A stretch of DNA of 64,000 nt from Oscillospiraceae bacterium (GTDB taxonomy: Bacteria; Bacillota; Clostridia; Oscillospirales; CAG-272), in NCBI GenBank assembly GCA_015063685.1, contig SVTR01000003.1:24372-88371 (forward strand), given 5' to 3'. Positions 20,075-28,853 of the stretch are shown here, piece by piece (position 1 is the stretch's first letter; each line of letters starts with the position of its first letter). The translations under genes were made by a program, and so were the position numbers. The notes beneath the pieces are model-generated. The model saw only the letters and a program-made list of their open reading frames with translations. It ran no database searches and was not told the origin of the DNA.

Positions 20075-21250
20075 TTAATCTCTACCGTATATATCTCTGG
20101 TAAATAATTTTTCCTTTACACCATCTAGTATAGGGTCGTAACGATTGGCCACAATCACATCCGAGCGTTGAATAAACTCGTTCGGATCATGAATGACAGC
20201 ACAATCCATAAAATTATCCTCTTTTAGGGCAGGCTCATATAAAACCACAGTGATTTTTTGTTTAAGAAGTCGTTCCATTACCCCTTGAATAGAACTTTGC
20301 CGGAAATTATCACTTCCAGATTTCATTGTCAAACGCCAAATTCCAACGACCTTGGGCCTTCTGGCCATAATTTGTTCTGCTATAAAATCTTTGCGAGTGC
20401 TATTAGCTGCCACCACTGCCGACATGATATTTTGTGGTATATTTTGGTAATTAGCCAGTAGTTGTTTTGTATCCTTGGGAAGACAATAACCACCATAACC
20501 AAAAGACGGGTTATTATAATGATTTCCGATGCGAGGATCCAACCCAACCCCTTCAATGATAGATTTAGTGTCTAGGCCTTTGCTTCCCGCATATGTATCC
20601 AACTCGTTAAAAAAAGCAACTCGAAGAGCAAGATATGTGTTGGCAAACAACTTTACCGCCTCCGCCTCAGTAACATTCATATAGCGAATCTCTACCGTTT
20701 CTTTTAACACTCCCTCAGATAAAAGAGCTGCGAAACTTTCCGCTCTACTCAACAAATAGCCAGGAGTACCGACAATGATGCGGCTGGGATACAAATTATC
20801 GTATAGCGCGTACCCTTCCCTCAAAAATTCAGGGCTAAACAAAAGAGAAATAGCAGGATATTTCTTGTACATGGATTCCGTAAATCCAACAGGAATAGTA
20901 GATTTTATGACTATCGTTGCCTGCGAATTGACTTGTAAAACCTGCTCAATAACCTCCTCTACCGAAGAAGTATCAAAATAATTCAACTTCTCATCATAAT
21001 TGGTGGGCGTAGCAATAATAATAAAATCCGCATCTCGATACGCCTTGATACCATCCAAAGTAGCATACAGATTCAATTTTTTTTCAAGGAAATAGGTCTC
21101 AATCATCCTATCAGCAAAAGGAGTCTCTCGCCGATTAATCATATCTACCTTTTCTGAAACAATATCAACGGCTGTCACATTATGTTTTTGTGCCAAAAGC
21201 ACAGCGAGAGACAACCCTACATATCCCATACCAACAACGGCGATATTCAT
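20075..21250 (-). CDS. ugd: UDP-glucose 6-dehydrogenase
   Basis: GMGYVGL, IKSTIPVG, PEFLREG, GYGGYCLPKD. Confidence 0.95.
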   Translation of the reverse strand: MNIAVVGMGYVGLSLAVLLAQKHNVTAVDIVSEKVDMINRRETPFADRMIETYFLEKKLNLYATLDGIKAYRDADFIIIATPTNYDEKLNYFDTSSVEEVIEQVLQVNSQATIVIKSTIPVGFTESMYKKYPAISLLFSPEFLREGYALYDNLYPSRIIVGTPGYLLSRAESFAALLSEGVLKETVEIRYMNVTEAEAVKLFANTYLALRVAFFNELDTYAGSKGLDTKSIIEGVGLDPRIGNHYNNPSFGYGGYCLPKDTKQLLANYQNIPQNIMSAVVAANSTRKDFIAEQIMARRPKVVGIWRLTMKSGSDNFRQSSIQGVMERLLKQKITVVLYEPALKEDNFMDCAVIHDPNEFIQRSDVIVANRYDPILDGVKEKLFTRDIYGRD

Positions 21251-21268
21251 ATATTTTTCTCCTTAGTT

Positions 21269-22549
21269 TTACTTGATTTTTCTGAAGGTGATAGCCTCCA
21301 GCATGAGTATGGCATTGGGGCGTAATGCTTTTATAAAAAGTGGAAATATGATACTGGTCATTATTTGGGTGATCAAAGAAGCTAAAGCCGCGCCCGAAAT
21401 GCCCCACAGAGGAATCATGATGAAATTCAAAATCACATTGATAACCGCTGCGCTCAAGTACAGATATTTCAAATATTTCTGATGGTTCTTACAAACAATC
21501 CAAGCATTTCGCGCCACTCCGAGATAGGAAAAAGCCGTGTACCAAGTTATAATTTTTAACGGATTAGAGGCTATCATATAATCCTTTCCGTAGAGCACCA
21601 TTATTACTATATCACCAAAGATTAAAAACACAAACGATACTAAAAAGGATAAATAAAATATAATGGAATATAATTGCCGATTTTTCTTTTCAAACAATTT
21701 TTGATCTTCTTTATACAGTCTTATGATTGTAGGATACATTGAATCAATAATCGCCTGCAAAACAAACACCCACATGCCGCAAATAGCCGTTGCAACCGAA
21801 TAATAACCAACTGAGGTTTCGCCCACCATTTGCTTCAACATCAGTTTGTCAGTTTGACCATAAATAGCCACCATCATGCCTGATAAAATATAGTGACAAC
21901 TCCTGCTTAGTAATTCTTTTCCCTTCGATATAGAAAACTGTAGTTTGGGGCCGTTGTGTTTTCGATAAGCTAATAACAACAAGCCACCCAAAACAATATA
22001 ATCCACCGAATATGACAAGGCAAACCACATTACATTTTTTTTTAGGATCAATAAGATAATTTTGTAAATAGATGTGGCCAAATAGGCCATAAAAGTAATA
22101 ATGGCAGTCACCTTGGACTTATACTGATACTGGAACCAATAATTTATAGTATCCATGGCATGAAACACTAATGAAAGACTACATAAGGTAACCACCAGAA
22201 TAGTCTCCGTTTCACCATAATCCAATACCATAGCAACGCCAACAATCATGAAGGCTGAAGCTAAACTGGATATACTTCGCAACAAGATTGAAGTGCCCAA
22301 TGCCATTCCACATTCATTAGGCCGATTAACAAAATCGCTAATAATAACCGAATTGATACCCAAAGTGCAGAAAGCCATGAAAAAGCTCATATAAGTTGCA
22401 CCATAATTAATCAACCCGTAATTGGAAGGTCCAAGATAACGGGCGGTTAAAACACCGACCACCAAAGAAAGGAGCATCTGGCACACTTTCCCGCCAATCA
22501 GCCACCCTGCATTTTTAGCTTCTTTATTTTCGAGAATGGATAGCTTCAT
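21269..22549 (-). CDS. wzx: Wzx-type flippase (second in locus A)
   Basis: ARYLGPSNYG, QTDKLML, multi-TM. Confidence 0.88.
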   Translation of the reverse strand: MKLSILENKEAKNAGWLIGGKVCQMLLSLVVGVLTARYLGPSNYGLINYGATYMSFFMAFCTLGINSVIISDFVNRPNECGMALGTSILLRSISSLASAFMIVGVAMVLDYGETETILVVTLCSLSLVFHAMDTINYWFQYQYKSKVTAIITFMAYLATSIYKIILLILKKNVMWFALSYSVDYIVLGGLLLLAYRKHNGPKLQFSISKGKELLSRSCHYILSGMMVAIYGQTDKLMLKQMVGETSVGYYSVATAICGMWVFVLQAIIDSMYPTIIRLYKEDQKLFEKKNRQLYSIIFYLSFLVSFVFLIFGDIVIMVLYGKDYMIASNPLKIITWYTAFSYLGVARNAWIVCKNHQKYLKYLYLSAAVINVILNFIMIPLWGISGAALASLITQIMTSIIFPLFIKALRPNAILMLEAITFRKIK

Positions 22550-23717
22550 TTTTTTTCATATTCTCCCAGCACTCTAACGATTTCTCCGCAATCTTGCTGT
22601 ATAAATATATATCTGTCTTTTCGGAAGCAGCGATCTTTTTCATATTTTGATACTTTTCCGTATAAAGCACTTCTAATAGTTTACTTCGAATTGATTCTAC
22701 AGAAACAGTAGCCAAAAAGTCACTATTTCCGCCGTTGTCAATATGTTCCATGCCTTCCCAACGCTGAAACACGCACGGAACCTTGGTAGCACAGGCTTGC
22801 TCCCATAGAACCGAATGCTGCCCAGGAAAAAAAACAAGATCTGAAGCAAAGAAATAATCGTAGACCTGTCTTGATGGTATCCAACCAACATATATAATAC
22901 TTGAATTCTGCTCTAATAAACGCTCAAACTCTTCATGGATATCTTCCATCACCTGTCCAAATATCAGAAGTTTCACTCGCTCCAAACCACAAATGGCCTG
23001 CATGAGAAAATGTATTTTCTTTTTTTCGTCTATCTTACCCCCCGTAGCCACCAAAAAATCATTAGGTGTAATACCATATGATGTGCGGATATGAGCCCTT
23101 ACAGCTTCGCGTTGCTCAAAGTTAATCTCTTCATCATCCGCCCCCATAATCAATACCGATGTCTTATCTTTAGGGACTTGGAAATATTCTTCCGCATATT
23201 GCTTTCGCCAAGGTGTTACGCCATAAACATGATCCACATATTCTATAGTTTTTCTAACCACATGGCGATAATACATGCGAAGCATATTATCCTTGATTCC
23301 GTTCCCTCTTCTCCCGATATTGTAGTCCAAATGATTGTCTTGAACGATTACACAATTGCGGTTATGCTTTTTTTTATATGCAACCACATCATAAATCGTG
23401 GCACTCATAAGCCCATGAAAAAAAATAAAGTCTGGTTTCAATTTTTTTAACAGGTCAAAGACAGGTAAATATGACCGAATATTTGTTACTGTATGATGAA
23501 AATATTTTTTGCGAGCCAAACGAATCACTCTCACTCCGTCGTCAAGAACATAATCTCCACATTCGGTTGGGACGATTTTGCCATCCTTGTGCATATAATT
23601 TGTAGTGATCATTGTCACCTGGTGTCCTAACTTTTTATGATATTTGGGCAGCAAATTATCCTGATATCCCCAATAATCATTATAGGGTGCAGACGGTGTT
23701 ATGTGAACAATATTCAT
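22524..23717 (-). CDS. GT4 glycosyltransferase
   Basis: WGYQDNLL, TGGKIDEKK, FPGQHSVLWEQA. Confidence 0.85.
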   Translation of the reverse strand: MNIVHITPSAPYNDYWGYQDNLLPKYHKKLGHQVTMITTNYMHKDGKIVPTECGDYVLDDGVRVIRLARKKYFHHTVTNIRSYLPVFDLLKKLKPDFIFFHGLMSATIYDVVAYKKKHNRNCVIVQDNHLDYNIGRRGNGIKDNMLRMYYRHVVRKTIEYVDHVYGVTPWRKQYAEEYFQVPKDKTSVLIMGADDEEINFEQREAVRAHIRTSYGITPNDFLVATGGKIDEKKKIHFLMQAICGLERVKLLIFGQVMEDIHEEFERLLEQNSSIIYVGWIPSRQVYDYFFASDLVFFPGQHSVLWEQACATKVPCVFQRWEGMEHIDNGGNSDFLATVSVESIRSKLLEVLYTEKYQNMKKIAASEKTDIYLYSKIAEKSLECWENMKKNEAIHSRK

Positions 23718-23738
23718 GTTATTATCCTTTCATCTTTC

Positions 23739-24947
23739 CTACAATCCATTATATAAATTCACATATTTTTTAAAGCAATTACACTTATCAAAATCATATA
23801 TACACCAATTTTGAGACCTCACAGAATATGTTTTTTTCTCCAAAATACAGATAATTCCTTTTTCCATCGCAACTACATCACCCTTCTCTACAACAATGCC
23901 ACTATCGCGATCCAAAATTTCCGGACACCCTCCGGTACGGAAGGCGACAACCGGCGTGCCGCAGGCCAGGGCCTCCATTTGCACCGTGGGGTAGTTCTCT
24001 TCCCTGGTAGGATTGACGAACACATCCGCGGCCGTATAGATCTCCGCCAGCTCCCGTTGGTTCTCGGTTCGATGGATGGAAATAACGTTGTTCGGCAGTT
24101 GGCGGTCAATTTGCTCATTCGTCCCCACCAACACGATGCGGTAGCTGTCATCCAGCCGCTTAGCGAGCTCCAGGAACACGTCAAAGCCCTTTTTCTTGTC
24201 CCACCCGAAGGAAACACCCAACACCAGCTTTTTGCCCTCGCAGTGATATTTCCGACGGAAATCGCTTTCGGTGGGCTTGAAAACCGTGAGGTCAATGCCG
24301 TTGTTGATGACCTTTACGGGATAATCCTTCAGGAAGGATATTCGCGTCAAATCGGCCAGCCATTGGGATGGGGTGACCAACGTCATATCCGCTACACCCT
24401 TGAACCAGGCTTGCTTCTGACCATACTGCCGCTTGGAATTATCCACCCGGCACTGGGGGTATTCCCTGAGCTGAGGACAATCATGGCAGCCTGTTTTCCA
24501 CTTGTCACAGCCGATCATGTCGAAATGGGGGCAATGGCCGGTAAAGCTCCAGCAATCGTGGAGGGTCCAGATCACTTTGATCTTGTCTTTTTTGATGTAG
24601 TCAAACAAGGTTGGCAGGTGGATACAGTAGCCGTGCAGGTTGTGCAGATGCAAAAGCTCGATCTTTTGAGCACGTAATTCTTTGACAAGCTTTTTTGTGC
24701 CCCGCTTCATGTAGCAACCGTCCAAGCCGAATACACGCCCCAGAAGGTTCCCCGCCCGACGTTCGGCCCAAGTGCCGAAATAGGCATGTCCGACCGGGGC
24801 ATCGGGACACTTTTGATACTTTTTCGAAAAGGGGTACGGTGAATAGGTATAGACCTCATGGCCGTGAGATCGGGCCTGCTCCGCGATTTGGAGCATGATC
24901 CGACCGGTACTGCCGAAGGTCACTGCGTTGATCTGTGCGATACGCAT
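23739..24947 (-). CDS. GT4 glycosyltransferase; near-identical to 4372-5571 except the C-terminal ~55 aa
   Basis: Direct protein comparison; diverges after GGCPEILD. Confidence 0.9.
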   Translation of the reverse strand: MRIAQINAVTFGSTGRIMLQIAEQARSHGHEVYTYSPYPFSKKYQKCPDAPVGHAYFGTWAERRAGNLLGRVFGLDGCYMKRGTKKLVKELRAQKIELLHLHNLHGYCIHLPTLFDYIKKDKIKVIWTLHDCWSFTGHCPHFDMIGCDKWKTGCHDCPQLREYPQCRVDNSKRQYGQKQAWFKGVADMTLVTPSQWLADLTRISFLKDYPVKVINNGIDLTVFKPTESDFRRKYHCEGKKLVLGVSFGWDKKKGFDVFLELAKRLDDSYRIVLVGTNEQIDRQLPNNVISIHRTENQRELAEIYTAADVFVNPTREENYPTVQMEALACGTPVVAFRTGGCPEILDRDSGIVVEKGDVVAMEKGIICILEKKTYSVRSQNWCIYDFDKCNCFKKYVNLYNGL

Positions 24948-26553
24948 GGATTATCTCCTCCTTACGTACAATTTGGCCTCTTTCTTCACAGACGCACCGC
25001 TTTCTGCTTGCGTAAGCATCGGACGATAAACAGATAAGCCTCCCAGAATAAATAACACCATAATGACAGGAGATGCCCATATGGGGTTAAAGGTTGAGAC
25101 AAACAGGAACACGATCAAAGAAGCTACCACCGCATTTTTTTCACTCTGAGAAACACTGTATTTCAAATGATACTTAACGATATTCCAAATGAACTTCAAA
25201 TAGAGGGCAAAGACGATCAGGCCGCAAGAGCTGATCAGATCCAGGTTGGTGGAATGGCCTGTGATCTTGGTATGAGGATTCCATGGGAAATTGCCTATGA
25301 TCGGATGCTTCACGATCAATCCCCATGCCTCACGGTACAGGTCGAAGCGTCCCGTGGTCTGACCTTCCTCGCCGCTCTGCATATAGTAAACCGTTTCGTA
25401 TATGCGGGTTGAAATATTATCGTTGGGAATCAGGTCTGCCAGCTCCAGAAGTGCCATTTCATACAAACCCGACTGAATGAAAAAGACCAGGAACACGATG
25501 AAGGCGACCAAAAAGACGTTTCGCAATGTGGCATTTTTCAAATTCAAGAAAAGATAGCAACCGATACCCAGAACCATGCCTACGATAGCAATGGTAAACG
25601 CGGCCATAAATACACAAACCATCATCAAGGCGATAATCAAACCTCTGAGCCAGCGATAGTGCTTGTTTTCTCCAAAAGAAGCAAAGAAATATGGGAGCAA
25701 GATGACCATACCATAAATTACGGCATAATCGGCCACCAAAGGATAGAAATCGCCTCTGTAGGCAGCACTTAGGCGGATAGCCTCCGGGTTAACCACCAAA
25801 ATACCAATGGACGCAATACTGACGACAGCGATCATGATCCACAGACAGCGTCGGATCCAAGTGATCATTTCCTCATCAGATCTGGTGACAACCTGAACTG
25901 CGGAGATGATCATGGGCACCAAGGAAATCATGTGCCACACCTGAAGGGTAAAGGGCACGTTAAAGCTGGTGTAGATCTCCCGCGATTGCCACACGAACTG
26001 ATATTCAATTACGTAGATGAAAAGGAACAGGAACAGCGGCAACATAGCGATCTTCTTTCGGGTAATCTTTCCGTACGCCAAAAGAAAATATACCATGAAA
26101 ACATAATTCGCCACGATGACGCCGACGCCGCCCACAAATCTTGTGATATATTCCGTGACAATATTGAGAAGAAGGAACGCGAGCCAGCAAAGGACCACCG
26201 CCTTATCCAACATGACACTACTTCGTTTTCTCATGAAATGCTCCAACTATTTTTGATAAACTGAATGATGCGCCCCGCCTGAGCCACGTGATTCTTCTCT
26301 GCCAGCACGAAGCTCCTGGCCTTCTGTCCAAAGGCCTCCAGCTCTCGGCTGTCCCGATCCAGGGCTTGTCTCAGGGCCACGGCCAGGCCGTCTTCTTGGG
26401 CATCATCAAAATAATATAAATATTCGTCATACTCATCGGGAAAGCCCGGCAGCTTAGCGCAAAGCACGGGGGTTCCCGAGACCATGTATTCCATGGTTTT
26501 GGAGGGAAAAGAATATTTCGTGTATTCCCCTTCGCTCGTTCGGGGGTTGACCA
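23910..26553 (+). repeat. 2.64-kb direct repeat, copy 2
   Basis: Matches 4534-7177. Confidence 0.95.
24951..26246 (-). CDS. Putative Wzy polymerase, identical to 5575-6870
   Basis: 431 aa, identical translation. Confidence 0.75.
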   Translation of the reverse strand: MEHFMRKRSSVMLDKAVVLCWLAFLLLNIVTEYITRFVGGVGVIVANYVFMVYFLLAYGKITRKKIAMLPLFLFLFIYVIEYQFVWQSREIYTSFNVPFTLQVWHMISLVPMIISAVQVVTRSDEEMITWIRRCLWIMIAVVSIASIGILVVNPEAIRLSAAYRGDFYPLVADYAVIYGMVILLPYFFASFGENKHYRWLRGLIIALMMVCVFMAAFTIAIVGMVLGIGCYLFLNLKNATLRNVFLVAFIVFLVFFIQSGLYEMALLELADLIPNDNISTRIYETVYYMQSGEEGQTTGRFDLYREAWGLIVKHPIIGNFPWNPHTKITGHSTNLDLISSCGLIVFALYLKFIWNIVKYHLKYSVSQSEKNAVVASLIVFLFVSTFNPIWASPVIMVLFILGGLSVYRPMLTQAESGASVKKEAKLYVRRR

Positions 26554-27394
26554 GCAACGTTGCCGTTAACTCAGCCTGCACAACCTGCTGGTTAGGAAAA
26601 CAACCATGATAGATCACTTGGGGATGAAGCTTGGTAATCTCCCGAAGCTCGGCAGCATAACCACCGTTACCATAGAGATGCAACTCCTCGTTCTCCTTGG
26701 CAATCTTCAAAAAAGATTCCACCAGATTGGCGACACCATATTTACGATAAAGGGCACCTGCGTACATGACGACCCTCTTCCCTGCTTTGGGGCGGGGACG
26801 CGTCACATCCGACATACGGACATCGGCGTGTCCTTCCAAAACTACATAAGGCTTTCCTTGAGGGTTGATCACTTCATTCATTTGCTTCGTCAGAAAAACG
26901 TATCCATCTGCCATACTGATCAGCCGATGATTTATGCGGTTGCATTTTGGGCTACTGTTAACGTACATTGGCAGATCCGTTACAATGCCCACACTTTTCA
27001 TGCCTCTAAGTTTAGAAGCCAGCAAAGCACCGAAGGATGATGAGATCACCAGCACATCATAAATCACGACAGTGTTCTTGGCAGAAAAGAGGGTCTTAAA
27101 AAAAGCTTTACTCGCCAACATAAAATGCTTGACCCCTGGGAAATTTATACATGAGATATACTGCTTTGTCAGTTTGCCGTCTGTTGTTTTTCTCCACCTT
27201 ACGATCTTCTTGGAGCTATTTGCTCGGGAAATTGGCAATGTGGCATAAGCATTTACAGAGATTCCATTTTCAGCCAAACCCAAGCTTAACAGTTGGTGAT
27301 ATTTATTGGCCGCATAATTCGGTGTCTTTCCTTTGTCATAATAGACATCAAGGATCTCGTCATCAAACATGGCAGACAAATATAAAATGTTCAT
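26231..27394 (-). CDS. GT4 glycosyltransferase; C-terminal ~107 aa nearly identical to 6855-8024
   Basis: Direct comparison; shared from LVNPRTSEGE onward. Confidence 0.9.
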   Translation of the reverse strand: MNILYLSAMFDDEILDVYYDKGKTPNYAANKYHQLLSLGLAENGISVNAYATLPISRANSSKKIVRWRKTTDGKLTKQYISCINFPGVKHFMLASKAFFKTLFSAKNTVVIYDVLVISSSFGALLASKLRGMKSVGIVTDLPMYVNSSPKCNRINHRLISMADGYVFLTKQMNEVINPQGKPYVVLEGHADVRMSDVTRPRPKAGKRVVMYAGALYRKYGVANLVESFLKIAKENEELHLYGNGGYAAELREITKLHPQVIYHGCFPNQQVVQAELTATLLVNPRTSEGEYTKYSFPSKTMEYMVSGTPVLCAKLPGFPDEYDEYLYYFDDAQEDGLAVALRQALDRDSRELEAFGQKARSFVLAEKNHVAQAGRIIQFIKNSWSIS

Positions 27395-28503
27395 TTGTTT
27401 TCCTTTTCAATACGCTTTGTAGCTTCCCGGATTACCTGACACCCCCGATGGTATTCCTCCAGCACACGTTCAAGCTCATTATCGCACGCCTCTTCAAATG
27501 CCTTGTGATCCAAAGACATATAATAGTCATATACCGCGTCGGCATAGTTTTCATTTTGAGGGTCACAAGAGAATCCGATGCCTGCATTTTCAACACGATT
27601 ACCCATAATCGCGTTTTTCATACAAAGCTGGGGAATCCTAAAAATTGCACCGTCATAAAAGCGGTTGCTCATGGCAATCATCATATTCCGATTCCCAAAC
27701 ACATTGTGGATGAGATCGGTTGTACATATAAACCGATAGCGATCTTCCGGCACATACTCTCCATGAAACCAAATGTTTTCTGCTTTTTTTTCATTTGCAT
27801 AAGCCTTTAATCGATCGGTCAACCGATCCTCTCTGCCGTAATAATGCAGTTCAAAGCGAGGATCATTTGCTAACCGATCCATCATCAGGCAGTTGGTTTT
27901 TTCATCGCGGATAAATCCCCAATAGGAAATGCGAATTGCGTCGGCGGATGTCCCATATCTTTTTTTATCTTCTCGATGGTCAAGGGACTCCTTTATAAAA
28001 TTATGGGACGTATATATTTTTTCCTTTGCTTCCTGCGGTAGCAGTTGCCGAAAACCGTCACTACTGACGAAGGTAGCATAAGAGCAATTGACCAATTTAT
28101 GAATAATTTTTTTGAAAAATCCGTACTTTTCATATGTTGAATCCCGATAATCGTAGATATATCTTCCGCGATACTTTCGGGTCAGTACATTTGACAATAA
28201 AACCCCCGGAAAGGAGTGAAGGAAAATAATAAAATCATAGTTCCCTCTGCGGATCAGCTTTTTAGCATATTGACGATACCTGATAAAATTCGGAATTTTG
28301 GAAGAAATACGAACGTTATCTTCTTGGCATTTTGAAAATTCATGAAGTGTCACGTTTTCGTAGTCCGCAAGATTTTCCGGCTTTTTATCGCGGTTCCAAT
28401 ACAAGACGTGGATGTCATGTTCTTGATCATCTATGTTGTCCAGGTAAAACCGCAAATAGGGAATATATTTGAGTTTTGAAAAGCCCATGAGTAATATTTT
28501 CAT
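27391..28503 (-). CDS. Probable glycosyltransferase / capsular biosynthesis protein
   Basis: GT-B-like motifs (YDYRD, ISYWGFIR, NRFYDGAIFRIPQL); operon context. Confidence 0.7.
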   Translation of the reverse strand: MKILLMGFSKLKYIPYLRFYLDNIDDQEHDIHVLYWNRDKKPENLADYENVTLHEFSKCQEDNVRISSKIPNFIRYRQYAKKLIRRGNYDFIIFLHSFPGVLLSNVLTRKYRGRYIYDYRDSTYEKYGFFKKIIHKLVNCSYATFVSSDGFRQLLPQEAKEKIYTSHNFIKESLDHREDKKRYGTSADAIRISYWGFIRDEKTNCLMMDRLANDPRFELHYYGREDRLTDRLKAYANEKKAENIWFHGEYVPEDRYRFICTTDLIHNVFGNRNMMIAMSNRFYDGAIFRIPQLCMKNAIMGNRVENAGIGFSCDPQNENYADAVYDYYMSLDHKAFEEACDNELERVLEEYHRGCQVIREATKRIEKENK

Positions 28504-28567
28504 ATGATATAACTCTTTCTTCTGTGACTACTACGAAAATTTCAATAAACAAGTTTGAATCATTTTG

Positions 28568-28599
28568 CAGTGCAGTACAGCCGAAGCTGTACCGCACTG
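28568..28599. terminator. 14-bp stem with cUUCGg loop on the minus strand; U-tract only on the plus strand
   Basis: CAGTGCAGTACAGC-CGAA-GCTGTACCGCACTG. Confidence 0.55.
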
Positions 28600-28711
28600 A
28601 CTTTTTTAGAGTTTAGGTTTTATTAACCCATGAGGAGATTAAATTTTTCTGTGAAATATGGCGAAAAAATCACTACGGTTTCGCCATCAAAAGAGTTTTT
28701 CGAGGTGACCT

Positions 28712-28834
28712 TTAGTTAAAACCAAAATCATCCTCCGGAAGGACTGCGTTGCCACTCCCTTCACTAGACGTAACGACATCCTGAATGCTAATATGAATAA
28801 TCTCCACAGTGGGCATTTCATATTTATTTTTCAT
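28712..28834 (-). CDS. 40-aa small peptide MKNKYEMPTVEIIHISIQDVVTSSEGSGNAVLPEDDFGFN
   Basis: Manual translation; RBS AAAGGAG; starts 19 bp after the stop of the large protein. Confidence 0.7.
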   Translation of the reverse strand: MKNKYEMPTVEIIHISIQDVVTSSEGSGNAVLPEDDFGFN

Positions 28835-28853
28835 AATTTTGCTCCTTTTTTAA

